Shown piece by piece: positions 38,074-50,779 of a stretch of DNA of 64,000 bases. Each line of letters begins with the position of its first letter. Within the stretch, counting starts at the first letter, position 1. The stretch is from Octopus sinensis (lineage: Eukaryota). The notes below the pieces were generated by a model, which was not told the DNA's origin, searched no databases, and saw only the letters and a program-made list of their open reading frames with translations. Location of the stretch: positions 40,932,464 to 40,996,463 of the forward strand of contig NC_043011.1 in assembly GCF_006345805.1 (NCBI RefSeq), in the 5' to 3' direction. The translations under genes were made by a program, and so were the position numbers.

Positions 38074-38719
38074 CATGCATAGGCACACCCACACACACAC
38101 ATTTACATGCCAGTGCACACAAATATTTAAGCGTGATTGCGTGTGTGTATATAATATATATATAATATATATGTGTGTGTTTGTGTGTGTGTGTGTGCGT
38201 ATGTATAAAGACACAAAAACATATCTATATATGTATGTATATATATGTATTTACGTATATATATATAAATTTATGTATATATATATAATGACGTATATTG
38301 CTTGTGTATGTATATAACTATACACACACACACACATATATATATATATAGAGAGAGAGAGAGGGGAGAGGGTGGGAGAGGGAGAGAGAGAGGGGGAGAG
38401 GGAGAGAGAGAGAGAGACATTCCTATATATTTCCATATTATATTATCCAACAAATGTACATTATTTTGCCAGTCTATATTACTTCAGCAAATACCGAATG
38501 AAGAATATATTTTCTATAACACATCTCACAATAAACTTAACATGAATTCTAAATTCTTTTTACCAAATTTGCAATATATCAATTATAAGACTTCACTAAC
38601 ATTTATTTCAATTATTAAATTCTAGTTTTCCCAAAGTTAGAAGAAATTTCATTTGACTGTTTTTTTCTTCATTTTTTATGTATATACGAACACACATATA
38701 TATACGTGTGTGTATGTAC

Positions 38720-38790
<71 letters not shown>

Positions 38791-38953
38791 TGGTTTGCTT
38801 ACCACAGAAGGAAAAAATATTGAATTATGCATTTTTGTCTTTTTTTGTTTCTATTTATTTTTTCAATCGCTATGCACCATGTTTTCCCTCTTCTCCTTTC
38901 TCTTCACTAATTTCTTTTTTATGTTTTTCGTTGAAATCTTCATCTTTTTCTTC

Positions 38954-39018
<65 letters not shown>

Positions 39019-39556
39019 GAGTGAGCGAGCAGAGCATGCCATCAAGTGACACTGGGGTAAAATATACGAAGCCCAGTATACCCATCATGACTACCCGTCT
39101 GATAAGGGTAACCAGGCACATGCATCACAACCATATGTGCGCGACATGGTGATCTCATATCAAGATAAACAGCACATGACCTTGCAGGTGGAGCCCAGTT
39201 AGAATTTTCTTCAGATCGAGTAACCCATCCCGCTCAAAAGGTCCCTGAATAAAGGTTGTTTAAGGACGTTGAACAAAACACCCATGTTTCCAGAGGTGAA
39301 TTATTCAAACCCCAAAGAATCCTTCTCAACACATGGCTATGATGCTCCCCCACTACTTCTGCTCGTGATCAGAGATGCACATATCGTCAGCCACTAAGGG
39401 ACATGTTCAACTGGTTAAGGTCAAACAACTGACAAGCAAATCTGTGGTATTGAGCAGAATATTTGCTGTAGCCCATCTTTTATACCAAGACAAAACAATG
39501 TACATGATAACACTTCCAATCAGTTAAGATCAGTGATAACACTTCCAATCAGTTAA
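39019..39556 (-). mobile_element. TAA-embedded element E, copy 4 (5'-truncated, short terminal duplication)
   Basis: (TTA)n-gagtgagcgagc...; tgataacacttccaatcagttaa is duplicated at 39505-39527 and 39534-39556. Confidence 0.85.
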
Positions 39557-39631
39557 TATATTATCATCATCATCACCATTATTATTATTATTATATTATT
39601 ATTATTATCATTATTATTATTATTATCATTA

Positions 39632-39688
<57 letters not shown>

Positions 39689-39869
39689 TATTGTTATTAT
39701 TATTACAATTATTATTATTTTATTATTATATTTTCTGCAGAGTACATCGAACGTGTTTTCGAACATTCCAAGTAAGTTCAATCTAAAACGTTTGTTTACA
39801 GAAGTCAGTTTGGTGCCGTTTTTTCGTTTCACATTTTGTTCCAAGTTTTTAATAGAAAGACCAGGAACC

Positions 39870-40125
39870 TGTCATTGGTTTTTCTGTGTTTGATTGACCT
39901 CTTGCGGTGCTACATTCTGTCCACCTAATAAGTGTGGTGGGCGTTGAATCATGTACAATCCAATAAGATGGCGGAGCGGATCTTAAAAGTGTTGAAGAAA
40001 AAATACTGCCCCTCCCGCAGGTCTTGTGACTGCTGAAGATTTCCCTCCCGTTCCCTCCGTTACTGAAGAATACAGGGGAGACGGAGGAAAAAAGGGATGG
40101 AGAAAAAATACAAAGTCCCTCTTGT
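39870..40125 (+). other. Promoter-like or LINE-5'-like island (CCAAT, AAGATGGCGG)
   Basis: attgg at about 39876, ccaat at about 39960 and YY1-like aagatggcgg overlapping an ATG at 39968. Confidence 0.3.
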
Positions 40126-40304
40126 AGTAACAGCAGAGACAACATCAATAACAGCAGTGGTAACAGTGACAGCGGGGGGGTGGGCTGTCGTGAAAACAGA
40201 GGCGGAGCGGTGACAGCGGCATTGTTGACGGGGGAGGCGGTGATGGCGTCAGCAGCGGTAGTAGTAGAGGTAGCAACAGCAATGTGAAAAACAGCAACAG
40301 GAGT

Positions 40305-40495
40305 GGAGGCACAAATGGCCCAGTAGTTAGGGCAGCGGACTCGCGGTCGTAAGAACGCGGTTTCGATTCCCAGCCCAGGCATTGTGAGTGTTTATTGAGC
40401 GAAAACACCTAAGCTCCACGTGGCTTCGGCGGGGGTGGTGAATCCCGCTGTACTCTTTCATCACAACTTTTTCTCACTCTATCTTCCTACTTCTA
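40305..40495 (+). mobile_element. SINE family C, 5' part
   Basis: ggaggcacaaatggcccagtagttagggcagcggactcgcggtcg head. Confidence 0.8.
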
Positions 40496-41271
40496 CCACA
40501 AAGCAGAGGAACAATGGTGTAACCCACTATGGTGTGTTAAACTTTCAGACCCTAGTCTAGATTGCGAATCCTCTGTACCCCAGGATGTTTCAACTCTCCA
40601 CCCGTTAAAAGCCATCGTTTACAGAATGAGGATAACAATGTAGCTTTCGTGCCCGTGCAACCGCCAGTCTATCGCGTGTGGTAGGTGGATCTTCAAGTTG
40701 CCACACGCATTCTTAGTAGCTTAGAGTAGGCTCGAATTAGAGATTATTCTTTGTGGCTAATGGCATGAGTCCTGATTGGAAGAAGAAAAAAGATGAACAG
40801 CAACAGAGCAACAGCAGTCGCAGAGACAGTGGTAGCAGAGATTGCGTTTTCGTTATAAATGCTACAGATTGTTGAGGAAAAAATAATGCTAACATTGACG
40901 GCGGAGAGGAGAAAAATATCGGTGATGGTGGTGTTGAGAGTGGCAACGATGGAAGTAGCCACGATTCCACCACCACCACCATGAACAGCAACAGCAGCAG
41001 CAGTAACAACAACAACAACAGCGGCAACGACAACGACGACAACAACAAAATCAATAAGAAATAAAATGTTTGCTGATGTAGCGAACGCAAAGAGGGAAAT
41101 ATTTGCTATCCCACTCGATGACAAAAGCTCGCGAACTGTCAAAAGCTCGTACTTCTCGAAGTAATAGAGGCGAAAGAGAAGACAGTATATTTCAAATGCG
41201 TATCACATATGTAGGAGAGCTGAAATAGCGTCCATCAATCATGTTGAGAAGGCCCTCAGAGAAATTTTAAT

Positions 41272-41668
41272 AGGTGTGGTAAGTAGCTTGCTAACCAACC
41301 ACATGGTTCCGGGTTCAGTCCCACTGCGTGGAATCTTGGGCAAGTGTCTTCTGCTATAGCCCCGGGCCGACCAATGCCTTGTGAGTGGATTTGGTAGACG
41401 GAAACTGAAAGAAGCCTGTCGTATATATGTATATATATATAAGTGTGTGTGTATATGTTTGTGTGTTTGTGTTTGTCCCCCTAGCATTGCTTGACAACCG
41501 ATGCTGGTGTGTTTACGTCCCCGTCACTTAGCGGTTCGGCAAAAGAGACCGATAGAATAAGTACTGGGCTTACAAAGAATAAGTCCCGGGGTCGAGTTGC
41601 TCGATTAAAGGCGGTGCTCCAGCATGGCCGCAGTCAAATGACTGAAACAAGTAAAAGAGTAAAGAGTA
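41272..41668 (+). mobile_element. SINE family A
   Basis: Nearly complete copy with (AAAGAGT) tail. Confidence 0.9.
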
Positions 41669-41671
41669 TAT

Positions 41672-42285
41672 ACAGACAGGGAGGCAGTTTGCCAGCATTG
41701 AGATCCTCTTTAAAAGTAAGGGCTTTGCGCGAAGACACATGTAGAGAAAGATCAGTAAGTAAACGACGTGCCACCGGGCGTAAATGTTTGGTGGACTGTC
41801 GGCTATGTGGTTCCGGACCCAGAGTCACTCCTGGAGGTAAAAAGAATCAGCAGGGAGAACTGGAACGGGATCAATTTGGAAATATTAACCCGTGTAAAAC
41901 CGGCAAATATCGAGAAAATCCTAGACCTGATCCAGCTGCCCAACGGGATGGAACTGCATGTTGTTGTGGAAGGCAGGAAGCCCAGATGCGACATCTGTGG
42001 GCCTACATACCACCTGAGACTCTCGTGTGTATGGGCGTACTCTGAATATTCGTCTGTAAGCCGGAGAATTTGAGGGGAAGAGGGGTGCCTACACGTCGTG
42101 CCCTTGGCAGTCGGGCTGACCAGGATGTGTGGGGTGTCCTGGGTGGAACTCACCCCTATTGGGGAATTTTGTTATTTAATGATTTTTGTTTACTGTTTAC
42201 ACGTTTTATGGATTAAACCCCACTTTCCCTTGTTTTGTATTGTCCTTTGTTTTGTGCTCAGCCCTTGTGACCAATATAGAAAGGG
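41672..42285 (+). mobile_element. Tx1/L1-like LINE deletion derivative (ORF1 knuckle fused to 3' UTR)
   Basis: ORF 41768-42073 with VVVEGRKPRCDICGPTYHLRLSC (CxxCxxxxHxxxxC); T-rich 3' UTR ending agcccttgtgaccaatatagaaaggg(ATT)n. Confidence 0.55.
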
Positions 42286-42338
<53 letters not shown>

Positions 42339-42863
42339 CATTATTATTATTATACTTTTTCTTTGTCTTTTCCTTTTCATCATCATCATCATCATCGTCA
42401 TAATTATAATCATCATCTTTAACATCATCTTTATTATCATTATTATTTTATTCTTATTATTCACGGTAATCGTCCTAATCAGAGTTTGCGTGTACTTTTT
42501 AAACTTGCAGTTTTTTGGTTCTTTCCTTCTTCATACCGTTCATTCCCGCTTCTACCTCTTTTTCTCCAAAGTTTCCAGTCTCCGACTTCGCAATTTTGGA
42601 ATTTTTTGTCATTTATTTAATTATTTTCCTGATAATAAAAAGATTCCTTTTTTTTTTTTTCATGGAGTGAAGGAGAAATAGACGGCAAAAACATGCGAGA
42701 AGATTCATGTGCAATGGGGAAATTAAATGAAGGGACATGCAGGGAACAGAGATTAACACACAGAGACAGATAGACAGACTAATACCGAGATCGATAGAGA
42801 GATAGTTAGGCAGATAAAAAGCGAAGTTAGGCAGAGAAAAGTATAGATAGACAGACAGATAGA

Positions 42864-42906
<43 letters not shown>

Positions 42907-43504
42907 TCAGATATACAGGCAGTCAGACAGGCACGCTTAATTCTAACGAAACCAACTATGGTGTTCCGTATGACTCCCGACTGTGGCATGGAAGTGATTT
43001 ATGCAAACCTACGAGCCCTCTAATCTTTTCACAGTGGATATACACACACATAAGTTGTATTTTCACACACACACACATATATATATACACACAAATACAC
43101 ACACACACACATATATATATATATTATATATATATATACATACATACGTATAATGTAGCACGGGGATGGAGGATATCAGGCTTTAATAGAAGACTACAAC
43201 AGTTGTTTCTGCACCAGCTTTCAGTTGCTGAGTTTAGATTCATATTTCATTGTACAAGATAATTCTTCATAATTACTTTATAGCTGAATATTTTTCAGTG
43301 ACAGCTGTGTGTGGGCGCTTCATCGAGTGGAATTTTTCTGATTTCTCTGGGTATATGATGTACGTTATTTTCCACCAATCAAATTATCAGATTCGGGGTG
43401 GGGACAGGAGTAAAAACGCATAAGTAATGTTACAATAATAACACCAACAACAATAACAGAGTCAACGCGACGTTTGTAGTTCTCATAGTCATAAGTTGAA
43501 AAGG

Positions 43505-43735
43505 AAAATAAATCTCTCCCGATAGCGCAGCGGTGCCGAAGCCGTCGTCGCTAGTTCTGCACACGGCCTGGGCTTCCCGTTGCCACCGCACTCCTTCGTA
43601 TCCGGCGCTGCAAGTTGCGTCCAGTGGTGCGGCTGCGTCCGGTGATGAGTAGCACCCGACTTGCCGCGCTTTGCGGGCGGTAGAAGAGTTGGAATCCGAT
43701 CGGCTCGGCTCTTTGCGTCAAGGCCATTCGGTAAT
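43505..43735. promoter_or_regulatory. CpG/GC-rich island, candidate host promoter or first exon
   Basis: About 230 bp of GC-rich, CpG-dense sequence with no other copy in an AT-rich window; TGACGCAA on the minus strand; possible plus-strand donor G|GTAATA at about 43730. Confidence 0.45.
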
Positions 43736-44049
43736 AGGAAAAGAGAAAAAAGAAAAAAAATTATCTTATCTGAGTGATAGTGGTAGTCAGATTTTTTTTT
43801 AAATTAAGATAGAAATAAGAAGAAATTGGGGGCAGCTTTCACCAAGTAGTTGATAAAGTGTGTCAACAGGGTGAAGCAAAATAACTAACTAAAAAGCAAA
43901 AAAATTTTTAAATAATTACAAAGGATAATTAAAACAGCTCCCTTGAATAAGTACCTCTGAATGACAAATGAAATACTTTACATACAACTTTTATTGCGGT
44001 AAGTGTCGCGCATGAACTTGCTTGTGTGCTAATTTTGCCTTCGTTTGCA

Positions 44050-44195
44050 CAGGCATAGCTGTATGATAAAAAGCTTGCTCTCCAACCGCATGGTTCCGGG
44101 TTCACTCCCACTGCGTGGCACCTTGGTCAAGAGTCTTCTGCTATAGCGTCGGGGCCGACCAAATCCTTGTGAGTGGATTTAGTAGACGGGAACCA
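44050..44195 (+). mobile_element. SINE A 5' half, diverged
   Basis: catggttccgggttcactcccactgcgtggcaccttgg. Confidence 0.7.
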
Positions 44196-45166
44196 TATGA
44201 GTGCATGTAGTTTTTTTCATTCTTTTTCATTCTTGTAGGTGCCGCAAAATCTGCACGCGTTCACATGCGCACAATTTACAAGTAACATTGTAATAAAAGA
44301 AAACATACAACACTTTAATAAGCTAATAAGCTAATTAAGCCTGCACCGTGCTCATGATGAGGGCGGCAACGGTGGGGGTACTGGCGCTGGCGGTTAAATC
44401 TAGCATCATTATCGCACCTATAAGACGTTTAGTCTGCTCTTATCTAAACTGAATTGATGACGTTATAGAGTTCCATGTTTGGGTTCAGGTAATAAGTCAG
44501 TTAAAGTGTTGGACCCTGCTAAGACCAAAATTGATTTATGACCAGTAAATAACCATTTACGTTCGTGCGGAACACATTACATAAAGGAAAGAATTTCGTC
44601 AGTTAGAAAGTATCGTTGCAATATGATGTAGCTGTTTACTTGTAGATTTAGCTCAGAAGCCAGTTCATATACGAGATCGTAAAATCCGTAAGTGTGAATA
44701 TATTTTGTTCGTTATTGAGTTTCGTAACAAGAGAAGCGTTATTTCTAAACCGTGAGAAGTGTATGACAGTTATGGAAAGAAACATCTTCAGAGTGCTAAC
44801 ACCGACACCATAAGGTTAAATTTGCCAAGGCATGTGCTAACCAATAAAATATTTAAGAATATAAACGTATGTAAGTGCTCAGAATTAATAGTGAAAGTAT
44901 AAGAATGAGCCAAAATAGCGCATAAAAATCGGGAGACCCATTTAAAATGCATGACAGGAACATTTATAGAATAGGATGAAGAGTTGAGGGAACGGAAGAA
45001 ATCAGTCTTAATCGACCGTAAGTTGACCAAAATAGGTTTATAGTATATTAAAAAAAACATCTATGCAGGGGCTTGTTCCAAGAATGGGAGCTCCAGAGAA
45101 TTATTTTTTTCGGACTGTTTACAGATTCTGAAACAAAAATGAGGCATTCATGCATATAAGACTCCT

Positions 45167-45280
45167 GGCAGAGCCGTTTTGGCAGAGCCGTTTTGGCAGA
45201 GCCGTTTTGGCAGAGCCGTTTTGGCAGAGCCGTTTTGACAGAGCCGCTTTGAAGAAGCCGTTTTTGCAGAGCCGCTTTGG
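45167..45280. repeat. 14-bp tandem repeat GGCAGAGCCGTTTT (five near-perfect and three degenerate units)
   Basis: Directly visible. Confidence 0.9.
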
Positions 45281-45425
45281 CGCTGCTTATTTGGCGTTGC
45301 TTATTTGACGTTGCTGGTTCGACGCTGACATATTTGACAATAGACATCTTAAGGGGTTTTTTTCTGTCTCTCTTTCCGTTTCTCCCCTTCTCAATATACG
45401 TATCACTCTTTTTCTCTTCCTCTCT

Positions 45426-45508
<83 letters not shown>

Positions 45509-45984
45509 TTTTGCTTATGTGTATGAGCACATTTCTCTACGTGCATGAAGAGAGGCTGTATATTTATACGGTGCTCAAACAATAAATTGTAACGTTTCTT
45601 TCTTTTCCTCTCTCCGCTTCCCTCTCTGTCTTGCTCCCTCTCTCTCTCTCTCTCTTGCTCCTTCTCTGTCTCGCTCCCTCTCTTTCTCCCTTTCTTCCCC
45701 CACCTCCACTCTTTCTCTCAGTATGTGTATATTTCTGCTCACACTTGTTTCTATGGGTGTTTATCTCTTGTGCCAAATCAGGCTGAATGCCAAATGAGTC
45801 AGCCATGCCAAATCATCGGCTCCCAAACAGCTGTGCCCAATCGTCTTTTTCCTCGCGTTCATAACCTAAGGTACCTCAAGCAAAGACTAAAATGAGCGTC
45901 CTTTTCTCCTAGCTATGGCTGTTTACTGAATTCAGCGAAAGGCAGAGGTTTATAGGGCAAAAGTAACGATGTTATATCGATACA

Positions 45985-46280
45985 CTTTTACTTGTTTCAG
46001 TCATTTGACTGCGGCCATACTGGAGCACCACATTTAGCCGAATAAATCGACACCAGGACTTATACTTTGTAAGCCTAGTACTTATTCTATCGGTCTCTTT
46101 TTGCCGAACCGCTATGTAACGGGGGTAAACACACCAACATAGGTTGTTAAATGATGGTAGGGGACAAACACAGACACAAACAACAAACGCATATATATAT
46201 ATATATATACGGCGGGCTTCTTTTAGTTTCTGTCTACCAAATCCACTCACAATGATTTGGTCGGCTCGAGGCTATAGTCT
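45985..46280 (-). mobile_element. SINE family A, 5'-truncated
   Basis: Family A reverse complement. Confidence 0.8.
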
Positions 46281-46344
46281 GGTGATGGATTCGTTTCCTT
46301 CAGACGACCACAGCAATTCTTCGTTAACGCGTATGGATACCATT

Positions 46345-46760
46345 TTTATTAGTTACCTTTTTTTTTATTGTTTGAGTCATTGGATTGCGGTCACCCCGAG
46401 GAATCACCTCGGAGGATTCAATCAAATATATCCATACAAGTATTTTTCTTTCAAAGTCTAGTACTTGTTTTATCGATATCTTTTACCGAATCCCTAGATT
46501 ACAGAGACGTAAACAAACCAACACCGATTGTCAAGCGGTGGTGGGGACCGACTCAAAGACACTGCACATATTCATATGTGTGTGTGTGTGCGTGTGTATA
46601 CGCGATAGGCTTTCACATAGTTTCCGTTTACCAAATTCCTCCGAAAGGCATTGGTCGCTCCGAGGTTATAAAATAAGGAACTTGCCCAAGATGCAGTACA
46701 GTGGTTCCGAACTCGAAACCCCGTGCTTACAGAGCGAGCTTCTTAACCACACATATATGA
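46345..46760 (-). mobile_element. SINE family A, old diverged copy
   Basis: Degenerate match to both modules. Confidence 0.65.
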
Positions 46761-46785
46761 CTACTCTTATAATGAAGATTTTGCT

Positions 46786-47009
46786 TTTTACTCTTTACTC
46801 TTTTTCTTGTTTCAGTCATCTGACTATGGCCATGCTGGAGCATCGCCTTTAGTCGAGCACATCGACCCCCAGGACATATTCTTTGTAAGCCTAGTACTTA
46901 TTCTATCGGTTCTTTTGCTAAACCACTACGTTACGGGGACGTAAACACACCAGCATCGGTTTCAAGCGATGTTGGGGGGACAAACACAGACACACAAACA
47001 TATACACAC

Positions 47010-47052
<43 letters not shown>

Positions 47053-47224
47053 TATATATATACATACGACATACTTCTTTCAGTTTCCGTCTACGAAATC
47101 CACTCACAAGGCTTTGGTCGGCCTGAGGCTATAGTAGCCTCAGTTCCATTGCATGGCAGTGGAACTGAACCCGGAACCATGTGGTTCGTAAGCAAGCTAC
47201 TTACCACACCGCCACTCCTACGCC
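46786..47224 (-). mobile_element. SINE family A
   Basis: Ends ccactcctacgcc (head reverse complement). Confidence 0.85.
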
Positions 47225-48288
47225 TGTACACATCTTTTTTTTCATTTGTTTGCTGGTGACCCCAGGCTTTACCGCCTGAACCTGTCACCTTGTGTACCTA
47301 ATACCTAGTTCTGACGCTCTAAAAACCGACGATATATAACTGTCACAGGCATTAGAATAAATGACTCTTTCTTATTTTTGGCAGCCCGAATCGCAAACAA
47401 TGATTACATAAAAACTTCTATCATATTTCGTCATTATCTTGCATTTGATATTCAAACAAAACGAATAAAAAAATCTCCTAATATAAAATTCAAATTATAT
47501 TTTTAAATCAAATTATAATTTACAGAGAATTCACTCGGAAAATATGTCGTAATAAATTCGTTGATAATCAGCAAGAAAATATTATTTCGTGAATATGGTT
47601 ATCCATGTGTATAAAAATCTTTAACTGTTGTCACATTCTTCCTTATTTTGTATTTTATGGTAATCTTCATGGGTTCATCGATTTTGTTTCGTTTTGAAAT
47701 GTAGAGTAATAATGAAGTGAAATGACAATTTCTATTCAGTTACACGTTATAATAAATCGTTATTTGCACTGCGAGCAAGCAGAGCTGACTTGTATAATTA
47801 GTCTTAATACGTTCCAGCAGATTTTAACACAAATATGTTAATCGCTGTTGTGTACGTCACGTTAGAACAACTTCTCTGTTTTACAACGACAATGTGTTCA
47901 TAACACAATGGACTCGTTGGTGCAAGGGACTCTCTGCCGGAACGTACTAAGAACAAATATACAAACCATTGCTTTAGATCTCGCTGTTTACAGTGTAAAG
48001 AATTTATTATCGGTTGGCAGATAGCAACACTAATCAGTAAACGTTTGTTTGCTGAAATTATAAATAAAGCTACAGGCTAAAAAATCCGGGCTGTTTCTGG
48101 CGGAAAAGACAAAACATGTCGAAACACCGGTGTTCCAAAATCTTTTGCACCACAGTGAGCATAGTTTGTTATGAACGCATTATTGTCGTGAAAAGAAATT
48201 GTTCTTCAGTGACGTACACTACAGCGATTAGCATAATTGCGTTCAATTTTGCCGGAACGTATTAAGAATAAATGTACAAGTCATCGTA

Positions 48289-48715
48289 AGGCGCAGGAGT
48301 GGCTGTGTGGTAAGTAGCTTGTTTACCAACCACATGGTTCCAGGTTCAGTCCCACTGCGTGGCACCTTGGGCAAGTGTCTTCTACTATAGCCTCGGGCCG
48401 ACCAAAGCCTTGTGAGTGGATTTGGTAGACGGAAACTGAAAGAAGCCCGTCGTATATATCTATATATATATATGCGTGTGTGTGTTTGTGTGTCTGTGTT
48501 TGTCCCCCAACATCGCTTGACAACCGATGGTGGTGTGTTTGTGACCCCGTAACTTAGCGGTTCGGCAAAAGAGACCGATAGAATAAGTACTGGGCTTACA
48601 AAAGAATAAGTCCCGGGGTCGAGTTGCTCGATTAAAAAAAAAAAAGGCGGTGCTCCAGCATGGCCGCAGTCAAATGACTGAAACAAGTAAAAGAGTAAAA
48701 GAGTAAAAAGAGTAA
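48289..48715 (+). mobile_element. SINE family A, complete
   Basis: aggcgcaggagtggctgtgtgg...(AAAAGAGT)n. Confidence 0.9.
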
Positions 48716-48924
48716 AGTTACACTGTTATGACTATAATGAAACTCCGAAAATTAGAAAGGAAACACTCAGTGTAATAATATGAGTCATTTTAAAGAAATA
48801 TCGACGGATGCAGCAAAATTCGGTTTAATAGTCAAGTACAGTGAAGAGGATCAATATATCTAATCAACTGATCATACTTATGAAAGAGTTATGCATCTTA
48901 CAACGGCGAGCGAGCCGATTCTGT

Positions 48925-49480
48925 AATGGAGCTGGTAGAAACGTTAGCGAGCCGGGCGAAATGCTTAGCGGTATTTCGTCTGTCGTTACGTTCTGAGTTC
49001 AAATTCCGCCGAGGTCGACTTTGCGTTCAAAGGCGGCGAGCTGGCAGAAACGTTAGCACGCTGGGCGAAATGCGTAGCCGTATTTCGTCTGTCGTTACGT
49101 TCTGAGTTCAAATTCCGCCGAGGTCGACTTTGCGTTCATAGGCGGCGAGCTGGCAGAAACGTTAGCACGCTGGGCGAAATGCGTAGCCGTATTTCGTCTG
49201 TCGTTACGTTCTGAGTTCAAATTCCGCCGAGGTCAACTTTGCCTTTCATTCTTTCGGGGTCGATAAATTAAGTACCAGTTACGCACTGGGATCGATGTAA
49301 TCGACTTAATACCTACGTCTGTCCTTGTTTGTCCCCTCTGTGTTTAGCCCCTTGTGGGTAATAAAGAAATAGGTATATCTTACGGTCCTTCGCGTTTTGA
49401 GTTAAAATTCCACTGAGCTTGTCCTTAAGCTTCATCCATTTGAAGTCGATAAAAATAAGCGTTGAATACTAGGTATCGAC
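48925..49480 (+). mobile_element. SINE B with three tandem heads, tail type 1, and a downstream truncated SINE-B
   Basis: 109-bp period (aggcggcgag at 49031 and 49140); body to agccccttgtgggtaataaagaaata|ggtat at about 49371. Confidence 0.85.
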
Positions 49481-49589
49481 CTTATAGACTAGCCTTTCCC
49501 TCTAAAACTGCTGTCTTTGTGGCCTAACATAGAAAGAATTATACATCATAAGATGATTGTAAGTAAATAGTCAAAGATCTGACGGTACG

Positions 49590-49720
49590 TAGCCCCGTGT
49601 GTTCAATGTGCTTGTTTCCCAATTAGATTGTCGTGGGTTCCCATCCTGAACCGGGTGGTAGATTTCGTCCATGAGCAAGGCACTTCATTTTATGTCGCAC
49701 CAGTTTAATAAACTATAAAT
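49590..49720 (+). mobile_element. Fragment of a fourth SINE family
   Basis: gtgggttcccatcctg B-box-like motif followed by gagcaaggcacttcattt core. Confidence 0.4.
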
Positions 49721-49734
49721 AGTTTCTTATTTGT

Positions 49735-50143
49735 TTATTGCTTACAAGGGGCTAAACACAGTGGGGACAAACAAGGACCAACAAAGTGATTAAGTCGATT
49801 AGATCGACCCCAGTGCGTAACTGGTACTTATTTAATTGACCCCGAAAGGATAAAAGACAAAGTCGACCTCGGCGGAATTTGAACTCACAACGTAGCGAAT
49901 GACGAAATACCTATTTCTTTACTACCCAAAAGGAGCTAGACACAGAGAGGACAAACAAGGACAGACAAACGGATTAAGTCGATTATATCGACCCAGTGCG
50001 TAACTGGTAGTTATTTAATCGACCCCGAAAGTATGAAAGGCGAAGTCGAGCTCGGCGGAATTTGAACTCAGGACGTAGCGGCTGACGAAATGCTGCTAAC
50101 CATTTCGCCCGGCGTGCTAACGTTTCTGCCAGGTCGCCGCCTT
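49735..50143 (-). mobile_element. Composite SINE-B (two bodies)
   Basis: Junction (SINE sense) aaagaaata|ggtatttcgtc at about 49905-49920. Confidence 0.85.
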
Positions 50144-50717
50144 TAATAGAGGGAAAGAAACTATGAATATGTTCCTTCCCTCTCTCTCTCTCTCTTTTCC
50201 TCTCTCTCCCTCTTTCTTCTCCTTTCTCTGCCTCTCTCTCGCTCTCTGTGTTTCGTTTTCGATCTCTTTCTGTTTTATCTCTCTCTCTCTATCTTTCTTT
50301 CTCTTCAGATGTTATATCTTGGATGTGCCACTGGATCAAAGATTTGACGAGTCGAGAGGGAGTGCACGTCTTCTCGTGATTTCACAGACACCTAAACAAT
50401 TAGCGAAATCAAGGTACATGTTACCAAACTGTATTCGCTCGCGTGTGATGCTTGGCTTTTCGAAAGACAGATTTGAAAATGGTGAATACAAGAATACGAT
50501 TTTTAAATGCAGCCGATGTCATGTTATTGTTGCTGTTGTTGTTGTTGTTGTTGTTGTTGTTATCATTAGCATTCAGATATGCATTATCGACCGACAGGAA
50601 AGAGCTATCATTTATTCTCCAAGAATCCACGAAAAGATTCCTGAGATTTGTAATTTGTTGTCACTATTCGTGAAGGATATTATCTCTGGTCGTTAAATTA
50701 GCATTTCATAGATTTCG

Positions 50718-50778
<61 letters not shown>

Positions 50779-50779
50779 T

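Noticed and set aside
39849-40382. 177-aa minus ORF
   Set aside because: Its start lies in a SINE C head and its middle in low-complexity repeats; chimeric and not gene-like.
43551-43727. 58-codon minus ORF MALTQRAEPIGF...
   Set aside because: No recognisable homology, and short ORFs are expected in GC-rich sequence. Kept only as part of the CpG-island finding.
50309-50412. Possible plus-strand exon after a long pyrimidine tract (ORF 50163-50696)
   Set aside because: The tract is a CT microsatellite, the donor GTACAT is weak, and the peptide is unrecognisable.
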